A stretch of 64,000 bases of DNA from Pseudomonadota bacterium (lineage in GTDB: Bacteria > Pseudomonadota > Gammaproteobacteria > Burkholderiales > Burkholderiaceae_E). Positions 10,174-18,951 of this stretch are shown here, piece by piece. The stretch lies in assembly GCA_041175665.1 (NCBI GenBank), contig JBEDEM010000003.1:5581-69580 (forward strand), read 5' to 3'. The translations under genes were made by a program, and so were the position numbers. The notes under the pieces are model-generated. The model searched no databases. It was not told where the DNA came from and worked only from the letters and a program-made list of their open reading frames with translations. Position 1 is the first letter of the stretch, and every line of letters begins with the position of its first letter.

Positions 10174-10277
10174 GAGCGCGGGATTCGATGGGAAATTATA
10201 GAAGGACCGCTATGCTTGCAGACTTAAGCACCTTTAAGCATGAGGCCCTCTTTGAGGGTAGCCTGGAGAACTAGCGG

Positions 10278-10985
10278 ATGATCAACAAAATCCTCGCTTC
10301 TGTCGAAGAAGCCTTAGCCGATGTACACGACGGCGCAACTATTTTGATCGGTGGCTTTGGTAGCGCCGGACTACCCACTCATCTCACCGACGCGCTCATT
10401 GCAAAAGGCGCTCGAGATTTGACGGTTGTTAACAATAACGCAGGCAACGGCGAGCATGGGCTGGCCGCGCTCATGAAAGCCGGATGCGTGCGTAAGCTGA
10501 TTTGCTCCTTCCCGCGCCAGGTCGATTCCTGGGTGTTCGACGACCTATGGCGTGCGGGGAAGATTGAACTAGAGCTCGTTCCACAAGGCAACCTAGCCGA
10601 GCGAATCAGGGCTGCCGGCGCAGGCATCGGCGCTTTTTTTACCGCTACCGGTTTTGGTACGGAGCTGGCCAAGGGTAAAGAGACCCGGCAAATCAATGGC
10701 CGTGATTATGTGTTGGAGTATCCGATTCACGCAGACTTCGCACTCGTGGCTGCCGAAACCGGCGATCGCTGGGGAAACCTCACCTATCGAAAAACCGCGA
10801 GAAACTTTGGACCCATTATGTGCATGGCAGCCAAAACAGCCATTGCGCAGGTTCATCGGATCGTCGAACTCGGCGCGATCGACCCTGAGCAAGTGATCAC
10901 CCCTGGTATTTTTGTCAAGCGGGTCGTTCAAGTGGAGCGAGTGCGCTATGACCCGACACCAGCAAAGCGTGGAGAAGAAAAGTAA
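10278..10985 (+). CDS. scoA: 3-oxoacid CoA-transferase subunit A
   Basis: DGATILIGGFGSAGLP, ELELVPQGNLAERIRAAGAGIGAFFT; TAATG overlap with the B subunit gene. Confidence 0.9.
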   Translation: MINKILASVEEALADVHDGATILIGGFGSAGLPTHLTDALIAKGARDLTVVNNNAGNGEHGLAALMKAGCVRKLICSFPRQVDSWVFDDLWRAGKIELELVPQGNLAERIRAAGAGIGAFFTATGFGTELAKGKETRQINGRDYVLEYPIHADFALVAAETGDRWGNLTYRKTARNFGPIMCMAAKTAIAQVHRIVELGAIDPEQVITPGIFVKRVVQVERVRYDPTPAKRGEEK

Positions 10986-11629
10986 TGAATCGTTACAGTC
11001 GCGATCAGATGGCGCAGCGTGTTGCGCGTGATATTCCCGAAGGTGCTTATGTGAACCTCGGTATTGGGATGCCGACGCTGGTCGCAAACCATATTCCGAA
11101 GGACAGAGAAATCGTTCTACAAAGTGAGAATGGACTCTTAGGTATGGGGCCAGCTCCCCAAGCAGGCGATGAGGACTACGACTTAATCAATGCCGGCAAG
11201 CAGCCTGTTACCTTAATGCCAGGGGCTTCGTTCTTTCACCATGCCGACTCATTTGCCATGATGCGCGGTGGTCATTTGGATATTTGTGTGCTCGGTGCCT
11301 TTCAAGTCGCTGTCAACGGTGACCTCGCAAACTGGCACACTGGCGAGGCAGATGCGATCCCCGCTGTTGGCGGCGCCATGGATCTAGCCAGTGGCGCAAA
11401 ACAGGTCTTTGTGATGATGGAACATCTCACCAAGAAGGGGGAGAGCAAGATCGTTACACGTTGCAGCTACCCGCTCACCGGGTTAGCCTGTGTATCGAGG
11501 GTGTACACCGACCTCGCGACCATCCACATCACGCCACAAGGCCTACTTGCAGATGATCTAGTCGAGGGCTTAAGTCTGGAGGCGCTTATAAAGCTCTCGG
11601 GAATAAGCATGCAGGCTAGGCTGTCTTAA
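10985..11629 (+). CDS. scoB: 3-oxoacid CoA-transferase subunit B
   Basis: VNLGIGMPTLVAN, LQSENGLLGMGP (catalytic Glu region), MGAFQV...GDLANW. Confidence 0.9.
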   Translation: MNRYSRDQMAQRVARDIPEGAYVNLGIGMPTLVANHIPKDREIVLQSENGLLGMGPAPQAGDEDYDLINAGKQPVTLMPGASFFHHADSFAMMRGGHLDICVLGAFQVAVNGDLANWHTGEADAIPAVGGAMDLASGAKQVFVMMEHLTKKGESKIVTRCSYPLTGLACVSRVYTDLATIHITPQGLLADDLVEGLSLEALIKLSGISMQARLS

Positions 11630-11679
11630 AGAAGCGCCGATGCTCTAAACCCGAAGGCCATCCTAACCGTAAGTCCTTG

Positions 11680-11700
11680 TAAGGCCGCAGGAGGGCCTTA
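11680..11700. terminator. Stem-loop between the convergent scoB and the 74-aa ORF (possible bidirectional terminator)
   Basis: taaggcc-gcaggag-ggcctta: 7-bp perfect stem with a 7-nt loop. There is no strong U-tract. Confidence 0.35.
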
Positions 11701-11715
11701 CTCGTGGACAACGCC

Positions 11716-11940
11716 TTAGCGCTGGCATTTCGCATTCAAACCGCAGTCGGAGCACTTCACGCCGCACCGTCGGTGCAAGCTCGGCCGAGACCACAGTTCA
11801 TACCAAAAAAATCTTCCGCGCCGGTGAAGCCTGGCGAGTTTGCCGCCACACTTGAACAAATTAGGCAAACGCGCAGCAGTTAGCGATTCACGCTTAGTCG
11901 AGGCCAAGATCCTGGACAAAAGCCTCATCCAAATTTTCAT
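11716..11940 (-). CDS. Hypothetical basic Cys-rich 74-aa protein
   Basis: ORF only. It contains CGVKCSDCGLNAKC and is very Arg-rich. No family was recognised and it could be spurious. Confidence 0.25.
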   Translation of the reverse strand: MKIWMRLLSRILASTKRESLTAARLPNLFKCGGKLARLHRRGRFFWYELWSRPSLHRRCGVKCSDCGLNAKCQR

Positions 11941-11986
11941 GCTTTAGGCCCGCCGAGACAGTCAGGATTTCGCTATCATTCAGTCT

Positions 11987-12277
11987 ATGAATGCTGCCCC
12001 TGGAAACAAAAAAGCGATTTATTGGGAGCGCGTCCGCTATGACGGTTCCGCTCAGTCATCGATGTATGTTGTCGTCAACCAAGGACGGCTCATCATGGCG
12101 ACAACATCACTTAACCTGGCACGCCAAACCTTTGCAAAAGTTCGACAAGGGCTAGACATCCAGGGATTAGTTGGCGAACACGTCGAATCCCAGGCGACTG
12201 CCGCAGCAGCCAATCCCCCGAGCGCCGATGGTAAAGCGCCAGATCAGGAACTAACCAGCGAACAAAGCGCAGCTTAA
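11987..12277 (+). CDS. Hypothetical protein (96 aa)
   Basis: ATG ORF with a low-complexity acidic/Ala-rich C-terminus. No recognisable motif. Confidence 0.35.
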   Translation: MNAAPGNKKAIYWERVRYDGSAQSSMYVVVNQGRLIMATTSLNLARQTFAKVRQGLDIQGLVGEHVESQATAAAANPPSADGKAPDQELTSEQSAA

Positions 12278-12298
12278 ATCTGGTTTGCGCCCAAGACC

Positions 12299-12532
12299 CT
12301 AAGCCGGCGCGCTTGGGCGTTTGTAAGTATTAGCGAATTCTTGGGCCGAAGGGATCGACTCAGACACTCTTGTGATGTTGATAATGACAGCCGGCTCTGC
12401 GCTGGGCAATTTCGCAGACATTGCGATCGATAGCTGGCCGATGCGATGCCCGTCAACACTGAATTGGCGGTTATCCGGCAATTTAAGCTGAGCAGGTGCT
12501 AGCGCAGCGGCGTAGTGTGCAAGACCATCCAT
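12299..12532 (-). CDS. Hypothetical protein (77 aa)
   Basis: ORF only; TAG stop; no recognisable motif. Confidence 0.35.
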   Translation of the reverse strand: MDGLAHYAAALAPAQLKLPDNRQFSVDGHRIGQLSIAMSAKLPSAEPAVIINITRVSESIPSAQEFANTYKRPSAPA

Positions 12533-12674
12533 GATGTCATCGATTCTCTACAAACAAGGAAGATTCTGTTGAGCGACTTAGGCGAAGTTCCTGAGCGCAA
12601 TTCTCGTCTAAGTTACTCGGGAAAACGGCTATTCCTGCATAGATGTTTACGCCACCCGCGCACCTTTGGTCCAC

Positions 12675-13025
12675 TTATGCGACCTCGGGAAACCGATGCA
12701 GCAGACGTTCGATAACTTGTTCCACAATGCGATCCTGATCCCTCGCAGGGTTGAAATTGTTTCGCTGCTCAAAATATCCAATAGCTCCTAGCCAGTAGAA
12801 TTCAATGATCGGATAGATCAAGTCGAAATCTGGGTCGCGATTCCAAGCCATAAGAACAGCAGCATGGGCACGCCCCCGTTGGCTAGGCTGCCTGGCAAGC
12901 TTCACTAAAAACCGAAGGACTTGGGCCTGCGCATCGCTTATCGGCGGATCGGATAGACGATCAAGATGCAAAAAGCTCGATTGTTGAGGCTTTTCCATAA
13001 AAAAAGGGGTCGACTTTGGCAGCAA
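12675..13025 (-). CDS. Hypothetical protein (116 aa; alternative start at 12998)
   Basis: ORF only; no recognisable motif. Confidence 0.4.
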   Translation of the reverse strand: MLPKSTPFFMEKPQQSSFLHLDRLSDPPISDAQAQVLRFLVKLARQPSQRGRAHAAVLMAWNRDPDFDLIYPIIEFYWLGAIGYFEQRNNFNPARDQDRIVEQVIERLLHRFPEVA

Positions 13026-13089
13026 GAAACGGCAGCATAAACGCTCGACACTCGTTACATCGTGAAAACTTAGTTGTCAGGGAGTTGAT

Positions 13090-13302
13090 ATGCTGATTGC
13101 AGCGACCGCCGTGGCCTTTGCGCTCATTATTGCCGCGGTCTTATGGCGCACAGGCGCTACAGAAATTCCTAAGGAGATGCGGACATCATTCTCGCCACAG
13201 GACCTCGAAGTTCTGCAGGAAGATCTAAATTTTAGAAAGCTGGTTGGGCAGATTGTTGTGATCAGCATCGCTTTTTTACTCATCTTTTGGTTAATTTGGT
13301 GA
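13090..13302 (+). CDS. Hypothetical small membrane protein (70 aa, two predicted TM helices)
   Basis: Hydrophobic N-terminal (LIAATAVAFALIIAAVLW) and C-terminal (IVVISIAFLLIFWLIW) segments. A GGAG lies 6-9 nt upstream of the ATG. Confidence 0.45.
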   Translation: MLIAATAVAFALIIAAVLWRTGATEIPKEMRTSFSPQDLEVLQEDLNFRKLVGQIVVISIAFLLIFWLIW

Positions 13303-13314
13303 ACTTGAAACACT

Positions 13315-14046
13315 TTGAGGTTGGGTGATTTGTCTCGAGCTTTCCACTTACACGACTTTGACGAAGGTTTCGCGAGCGCATTCCAAATGCTCTCGAAGCT
13401 CCCAGGCATAAAGAGGGGCCGGTATAGTTATATTTGTCACTTCGATGCTGGGCATGGCTTGTGGCTTGCTGCCGCACAAAATTTAGGCGTTCAGCGTTTA
13501 CTTGGCATTTCTAACCCCGGCGGGGATGAGCGCCCGCCTTGTGTTGACGCGAATTTGCTCAAGCAAATCGACTTGCGACAAGTTAAGGTAAGCCTTCCAC
13601 AGTCAGCCGATCTGGTGATTTGTATCGACTTTGCCCAAAAACTCTCTGCAGAACGCGCCAAGGACTTCGTTACTGATCTATGTCATTGCGCGCCACAGGT
13701 CTTGTTTTGTGCGCCCATGCCCCATGCTTCGTCAAACGATGATGAAAATCTTCAGTGGCCGTCTTACTGGGCTACACACTTCGCGGCCAATGGCTATTAC
13801 CCCGATCTGGCCTATCGATTTCGGATTTGGCCAGATCGGCTAATAACCCCGCTCCTAAGACAGAACAGTCTCCTTTATGTCAAACGCTCAGCCCGGTACA
13901 AGCCGAGTTGTCCGCCAGAGGCCTTGGATGTGGTTCATCCAGCACACTACCAAGCACTGACCCAAAGGCAGGCATGGTTTGCCCGTCAACTCACGCGCTC
14001 AACGCTTAAACGATTATTTGGCGAATCGATCGGCCCTCAAGCCTGA
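13315..14046 (+). CDS. Hypothetical protein, possibly a class I SAM-methyltransferase-like fold
   Basis: Pattern FDAGHGLWLAAAQNLGVQRLLGI ... ADLVICIDFAQKLSAERAKDFV resembles methyltransferase motifs I and post-II/III. The call is weak and the start codon (TTG) is uncertain. Confidence 0.45.
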   Translation: MRLGDLSRAFHLHDFDEGFASAFQMLSKLPGIKRGRYSYICHFDAGHGLWLAAAQNLGVQRLLGISNPGGDERPPCVDANLLKQIDLRQVKVSLPQSADLVICIDFAQKLSAERAKDFVTDLCHCAPQVLFCAPMPHASSNDDENLQWPSYWATHFAANGYYPDLAYRFRIWPDRLITPLLRQNSLLYVKRSARYKPSCPPEALDVVHPAHYQALTQRQAWFARQLTRSTLKRLFGESIGPQA

Positions 14047-14080
14047 TTGATTGTCATTTGCTATACTCGATGATTCGGTC

Positions 14081-14156
<76 letters not shown>

Positions 14157-14455
14157 TTCCGGTGCTCCGATCAGTACGCATGGCAACACTTTAGGCGGTA
14201 TGCAGACGCTTGTGTCCACCAGGACATGATGGGTGTAAAAAGCCAAGCGCTGACCTGTCTCATCCACTGAACCTGCGTTCTAAGTGCTGAGAGCGCGCCA
14301 TCCCAGATCGACTACTTACTAGTCCACCTTGTTCTAAATCCTCAGCTTAATCAGGCTAGGCCATACAACAGAGCAGGCTGCTGGTTTTGGGCCAGGACAA
14401 GCAATTTCCGATAACATCCTAAAATCAATAAATTTCTTTTGTTTGGAACGATTCA

Positions 14456-15049
14456 TTGTTGTCGAAGCTTGTACTGAAGGTTTTCATGCTTGCATTGTCG
14501 CTGTTGCTCTGGCTTTTGAGCTGGCACGCGAATGCCTGGGCATTTTCCTTCGCAGAGGTCGACCCTGGCGTCAGTTTGCTGTTCTTGCCCCATGGCATGC
14601 GCGTATTGCTTAGCCTTTTATTTGGCTTCTGGGGAGCAAGCGGTATCGCAATGGCAAGCTTCTTGTTTCACCGAAATCTGTGGAGCGATGACCCATGGGC
14701 GAGCATGATCACGCCGCTTATTTCTGGCTATTGCGCTTGGTTTGCGATGAAAATAAGCCTCGGTCTTGGTAACCACTCCGGTGATCGGCGACTTGAAAAG
14801 CTCGACAGCCGCAGCCTGATTGGGCTTATTTGCTTGTCGGCGTTGATTAACTCGCTCGGACACGTGCTTATTTTGTCGACGCTTGGGACGCAAGCTGCAG
14901 AAGCACATGGCCATGTTAACTTGAGCAGTACCTTCGCTGCGATGTTTACGGGCGACTTGCTCGGTGCGCTCATCATGCTTTACGCACTGAGAATGATCAT
15001 CATGGTTTTTGGTTCGAAGACAAAGCGAGGCCCCAGTGATGGACCCTAA
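14456..15049 (+). CDS. Polytopic membrane protein, paralog 1 (uncharacterised; MASE1-like signature?)
   Basis: About 5-6 hydrophobic helices. Motifs GVSLLFLPHGMRVLLSLLFG and FTGDLLGALIMLYAL are shared with the next gene. TTG start at 14456 or ATG at 14486. Confidence 0.65.
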   Translation: MLSKLVLKVFMLALSLLLWLLSWHANAWAFSFAEVDPGVSLLFLPHGMRVLLSLLFGFWGASGIAMASFLFHRNLWSDDPWASMITPLISGYCAWFAMKISLGLGNHSGDRRLEKLDSRSLIGLICLSALINSLGHVLILSTLGTQAAEAHGHVNLSSTFAAMFTGDLLGALIMLYALRMIIMVFGSKTKRGPSDGP

Positions 15050-15710
15050 GCTGACAGATCTAGAAAACACGACAAATAGATCAGGGATACTTCAGGCTTC
15101 AGCCAGGTCCGGACTTTGCTTTGCCATCTGGATGACTGCTTCCATTGCGCATGAATGGTTCTTGGGGTTTTTGCATTATCGAGACGGTGTCGACCTGCTC
15201 TATCTACCGCACAGCCTGCGCATCGCGCTGGTGCTCGCCTTCGGACTAAGCGGTGCACTGGGCATGTGTTTAGCAACTGCAACACTGATTCTGCTTGCGA
15301 TGGCCCCCGATTTCACTAGCCCAGACGCTAACTTACTTAGCCTCATGGTGACTGCAGCCCAAGTTTTCATCGACAAGCCCTCAACTTTCGCAAGCCTCAT
15401 CCTCCAAGCACTCGCTTCAGGATGTTGTGGTTGGTTGGCACTGCGAATACTCGTGCCAGGCAGGCAAGCTACTTATGCGGGCATGCTGATGAACTTAGAC
15501 TTGAGAACCATCCTATCGGTTGTGACAATCGCCTCTGTCATTAATTCGGGTGTACACGTCGGGGCATGGTTGTTACTCGATGCTGATCTCGGCGACGCGA
15601 GCGCCCGTTTTTCGGTCATGTTAACGGGCGATGTGCTCGGTGGCGTGATGGGCTTGGTACTAATCACCCTTAGCACTAGGTTATTTGCGCGGGAAGGCAA
15701 AATGACTTAG
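15039..15710 (+). CDS. Polytopic membrane protein, paralog 2 (uncharacterised)
   Basis: Collinear motifs with paralog 1: GVDLLYLPHSLRIALVLAFG, ASGCCGWLALRI, LDLRTILSVVTIASVINSGVH, LTGDVLGGVMGLVLITL. The ATG at 15039 overlaps the upstream stop by 11 nt. TAG stop. Confidence 0.65.
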   Translation: MDPKLTDLENTTNRSGILQASARSGLCFAIWMTASIAHEWFLGFLHYRDGVDLLYLPHSLRIALVLAFGLSGALGMCLATATLILLAMAPDFTSPDANLLSLMVTAAQVFIDKPSTFASLILQALASGCCGWLALRILVPGRQATYAGMLMNLDLRTILSVVTIASVINSGVHVGAWLLLDADLGDASARFSVMLTGDVLGGVMGLVLITLSTRLFAREGKMT

Positions 15711-15739
15711 CCTTCGCAAACTTAATGAAAGAGGTCGGT

Positions 15740-16108
15740 ATGAGCAAAGCAGCCCGCAACGAATTGATCGATTTATTTTTCCGCTTCCAACAAATTGTTC
15801 AAAGCCTTAAAACGCTTCCGAGCCTGCAAGACCTTACCCCAGAACATGAGGCGCTTTTGAATTTGGTTGGCGCTTACTGGCACGCAGGCGATACCTTATC
15901 AGTTCGACAGGCTATGCGCAGTGAGCACCTCGGATCGCCGGCCACTATTCACAAGCGTCTGCAGTACTTGCGCAGCCTCGGTTTAATCGACCTTCAGACT
16001 TCCGAGCAAGACAGCCGCAAACGCATGATTGTCCCAACCGCTGAGGCTATCAGCTTCTTTTCGGGTCAAGCCAAGGCCATCAAATCGGTCGCCAAACAAA
16101 CAGCCTAG
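15740..16108 (+). CDS. Small winged-helix (MarR-like) transcriptional regulator
   Basis: LSVRQAMRSEHLGSPATIHKRLQYLRSLGLIDLQTSEQDSRKRMIVPT matches the HTH-plus-wing pattern of MarR-type proteins. AAGAGG lies 8 nt upstream of the ATG at 15740. Confidence 0.6.
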   Translation: MSKAARNELIDLFFRFQQIVQSLKTLPSLQDLTPEHEALLNLVGAYWHAGDTLSVRQAMRSEHLGSPATIHKRLQYLRSLGLIDLQTSEQDSRKRMIVPTAEAISFFSGQAKAIKSVAKQTA

Positions 16109-16142
16109 GCACGAACGCTCTAAACGAGCGTCTTTTGTGGTC

Positions 16143-16277
16143 ATGTTTAAACGAGCGCTGGCTTTTACACTTGCGCTCGTTTTACTTTGGATGCTTGTCG
16201 ATCAGTTTCTCTGCGACCGCTGGATGTACCACGACTACGCAACCGGCTCGGATAAAAGACTGATTTGCCCCTGGTAA
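16143..16277 (+). CDS. Possible 44-aa membrane/secreted mini-protein with two Cys
   Basis: MFKRALAFTLALVLLWMLVDQFLCDRWMYHDYATGSDKRLICPW: an ATG ORF with an N-terminal hydrophobic helix. No homology check was possible. Confidence 0.25.
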   Translation: MFKRALAFTLALVLLWMLVDQFLCDRWMYHDYATGSDKRLICPW

Positions 16278-16312
16278 CACCAAAGCCAGCTTTCACACTC
16301 CAAACCTATACC

Positions 16313-16942
16313 CTAAAACCTGATCGATTCAACGGCCTGTGCTTGGCCCTTGTTTGTCGCTTTAATTCTTAGCATTTCCCCTGAGGCAACCGAGCGACCA
16401 GCATAGGCGCTGATATTCACTTGATGGGTCACCACAAGCAGTGGCATCGAAGGTCCCGCTGCAAACCAAGACTTCAAAGCATTAGTCAGCGCAAGCGTAT
16501 ACGCCGCCGATGGTGCTGGATCACGAAAAAATGAGCCTAGAAAGTCCTTGATATGCGGCTCACCGAAACCCAGAAGCACTGCAGTGTCCTTGCACCTACA
16601 CCAAGGACTTGACCAAATATGGACGCGCTCAATACCCTGGCGCCTTAACCAATCGCCGACTTCGATGGCCTGCCGCTTGCCGCGCTCACCCAAATTCCGT
16701 TGGCTTGAACAATCATCAAGTCGCATCGACTCGGGGTCGCTAAAACCGGGCGCATCAGCGTGGCGCATGATCAAAAATTGATCACGTAGATTGACCAAGG
16801 GGCCTTGCATGCGACCCGAAACATCAGGATTTGCAGCGACAAGGCGATGCCAAAGCAGGCCAGTTGTTAGGCCCGCAAGGGCCTTAGCGAATTTGCGCCT
16901 TGTTGCCGGTGCTGCGTTTGGGAGCGATCGATGCAGGTGCAT
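16313..16942 (-). CDS. Histidine phosphatase family protein (phosphoglycerate-mutase-like), probably exported
   Basis: Catalytic RHA motif (LIMRHADAPG) and VVTHQVNI. N-terminus TRRKFAKALAGL looks Tat/Sec-like. Overlaps the upstream S9 peptidase gene by 59 nt. Confidence 0.7.
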   Translation of the reverse strand: MHLHRSLPNAAPATRRKFAKALAGLTTGLLWHRLVAANPDVSGRMQGPLVNLRDQFLIMRHADAPGFSDPESMRLDDCSSQRNLGERGKRQAIEVGDWLRRQGIERVHIWSSPWCRCKDTAVLLGFGEPHIKDFLGSFFRDPAPSAAYTLALTNALKSWFAAGPSMPLLVVTHQVNISAYAGRSVASGEMLRIKATNKGQAQAVESIRF

Positions 16943-18947
16943 AGCGAGTCAACCAGTTAAAAAATTCGCGATACCAGACCAGCGAATTTTGTGGTTTAAG
17001 AATCCAGTGATTCTCATCAGGGAACCATAAAAGCCTCGCCTCAACCCCTTTGGCCTTGAGGGTGTTGTAGTAGGCCAGGCCTTGTGCATCAGGAACTCGA
17101 TAATCAAGTGCGCCGTGGATGACCAAGGTAGGCGTGCGCATCGCGGATGCGGCATGGTGCGGACTTTGACGGTGGACTTTTTGCATATCGTTCCAGTACC
17201 AAGCACCAAGCTCTTGAGCGTGCCAGCCATAGGCGTCATCGGCAAACATACCAACCCAGTCAAAGCAGCCCGCGTGGCAAACATAAGCTTTATAGCGATC
17301 TGCTTTGGCAAAAGCGTTCATCCAAGCGACCATATAACCGCCATAGCTTCCCCCCGCTGCCACAATCCTTTGAGGGTCGATATAGGGCTGCGATTCAAAC
17401 CAGCTTGTTGCTGCCTCGATATCGATTAACTCGAGCTCGCCCCATCGATGAGTGATACTGTCTAAAAATTCATAGCCAAAACTGCTTGAGCCGTGATAGT
17501 TGACGCTTGCAACCACATAACCCTGGGCTGCAAAAACCTGAGTATTCCAACGGTAATGAAAATGATCACCGGCTGCTGTGTGAGGTCCGCCGTGAATATT
17601 GTGTAGTAGTGGGTAGGACTTCTTCGGATCGAAATCTGGCGGATAAGTCACCCACACTTGCACGGGTTGATCGAGCGCTCCCTTGATCTCGATCGCCTCC
17701 ACGCGCCCCAAACGCCTGCGGCTGAGCAAGGCATCATTAAAGCGATCAAGCCGTCTCGCCGGCCCCTTAGCTTGGTGTAAATACAGTTGGGCCGGATGGT
17801 CTGCTCGCTCGATGCTCACAAGTACCGAAGGCGTTTGAGTCCTGCTGATTGCAAATGACTGCACCCAGCCACCTTGAACCACGCTTTCGGGTTGATCAGA
17901 AAAGCTAAATCGCCACAGATGGCATCGACCACAATCTTCGGCGGTAAAGTAAATCTCACGCCCGTTTGCCGCCCACCTTAGCGGTGCCTGAGGTACGCGG
18001 TCCCAACCATCCATAAGCGACTGAGGCTTGGCGCCGGATTTCATCGACAATAGCGTTAAGCGAGCAGGCATGGTGTGCTTGGTTTTCAGGTCCGAAGCAA
18101 GGCAGGCAATACTGCCCCCATCAGGATTAAAAACTGGAGCGCTATAGTCCCAACCATCTTGCGGTGTGATCCTTTTCACCTTACCCGACTTCAAATCAAG
18201 AAGTGCCAAAGCATGCGGATAGTCCAGACGTGGCTCAGGCTCAGGATCAAAGCAGAAAACAGCATGCTTTCCGTCTGGCGACAAGTCAAAACACTGCAAA
18301 CCCGGATCTGCCAAAGGAAGCGCCCAAGGGGTCTTGGCCATCAAATCGCTGATGGTGCCCCGGCTTATATCAAGCATCATGAGCCTCGGCACCCGGCCTT
18401 GCGGGATGAAGTGATCCCAAAAACGGTAGGTACTCGCCGAAGTGGTTTGCGCGCTGTCTTTTCGCTTTGTTTCCTGCATGTGGCGCTTGATTTGGGCTTG
18501 CGTGGTCTTTTGCTCGGGCCAAACCCAGCTGATAAAAACGATACGCTTTCCATCGGGCATCCATCGAAATGCGCCGACGCCTAAAGGCCACTGGGTTAGA
18601 CGCTGTGCTTCGCCACCATGGGCCGCAATGACATAAAGTTGAGCAGCTTCGTCCTTGACGCCCGATTGTTCACGCTTAGCGACAAAGGCGATCCGATCGC
18701 CATTGGGCGACCACTGTGGACTCGCATCTCGATCGCCTGCTGACGTAAGTGCTTGAGGTTTTTCTGATGCTTTGTTTGAAGCTAGATCGACCCAATACAA
18801 ACTGCTTCGACCTACATTGCTATTCATATCATAGCGCGTGACCGAAAATACCGCTTTACGCCCGCAAGGGCTAATCTCAGGCGTAGCGATGCGATCGATT
18901 CGCCACAAGTCTTCAGCGCTGAGTCCCTTGACTGCTTTGGCCACCAT
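16884..18947 (-). CDS. S9 family serine peptidase (prolyl oligopeptidase/acylaminoacyl-peptidase type) with N-terminal beta-propeller
   Basis: Nucleophile elbow GGSYGGYM, HGALDYRVP (catalytic Asp region), FPDENHW (His); 687 aa. Confidence 0.88.
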   Translation of the reverse strand: MVAKAVKGLSAEDLWRIDRIATPEISPCGRKAVFSVTRYDMNSNVGRSSLYWVDLASNKASEKPQALTSAGDRDASPQWSPNGDRIAFVAKREQSGVKDEAAQLYVIAAHGGEAQRLTQWPLGVGAFRWMPDGKRIVFISWVWPEQKTTQAQIKRHMQETKRKDSAQTTSASTYRFWDHFIPQGRVPRLMMLDISRGTISDLMAKTPWALPLADPGLQCFDLSPDGKHAVFCFDPEPEPRLDYPHALALLDLKSGKVKRITPQDGWDYSAPVFNPDGGSIACLASDLKTKHTMPARLTLLSMKSGAKPQSLMDGWDRVPQAPLRWAANGREIYFTAEDCGRCHLWRFSFSDQPESVVQGGWVQSFAISRTQTPSVLVSIERADHPAQLYLHQAKGPARRLDRFNDALLSRRRLGRVEAIEIKGALDQPVQVWVTYPPDFDPKKSYPLLHNIHGGPHTAAGDHFHYRWNTQVFAAQGYVVASVNYHGSSSFGYEFLDSITHRWGELELIDIEAATSWFESQPYIDPQRIVAAGGSYGGYMVAWMNAFAKADRYKAYVCHAGCFDWVGMFADDAYGWHAQELGAWYWNDMQKVHRQSPHHAASAMRTPTLVIHGALDYRVPDAQGLAYYNTLKAKGVEARLLWFPDENHWILKPQNSLVWYREFFNWLTRYAPASIAPKRSTGNKAQIR

Positions 18948-18951
18948 AGAC

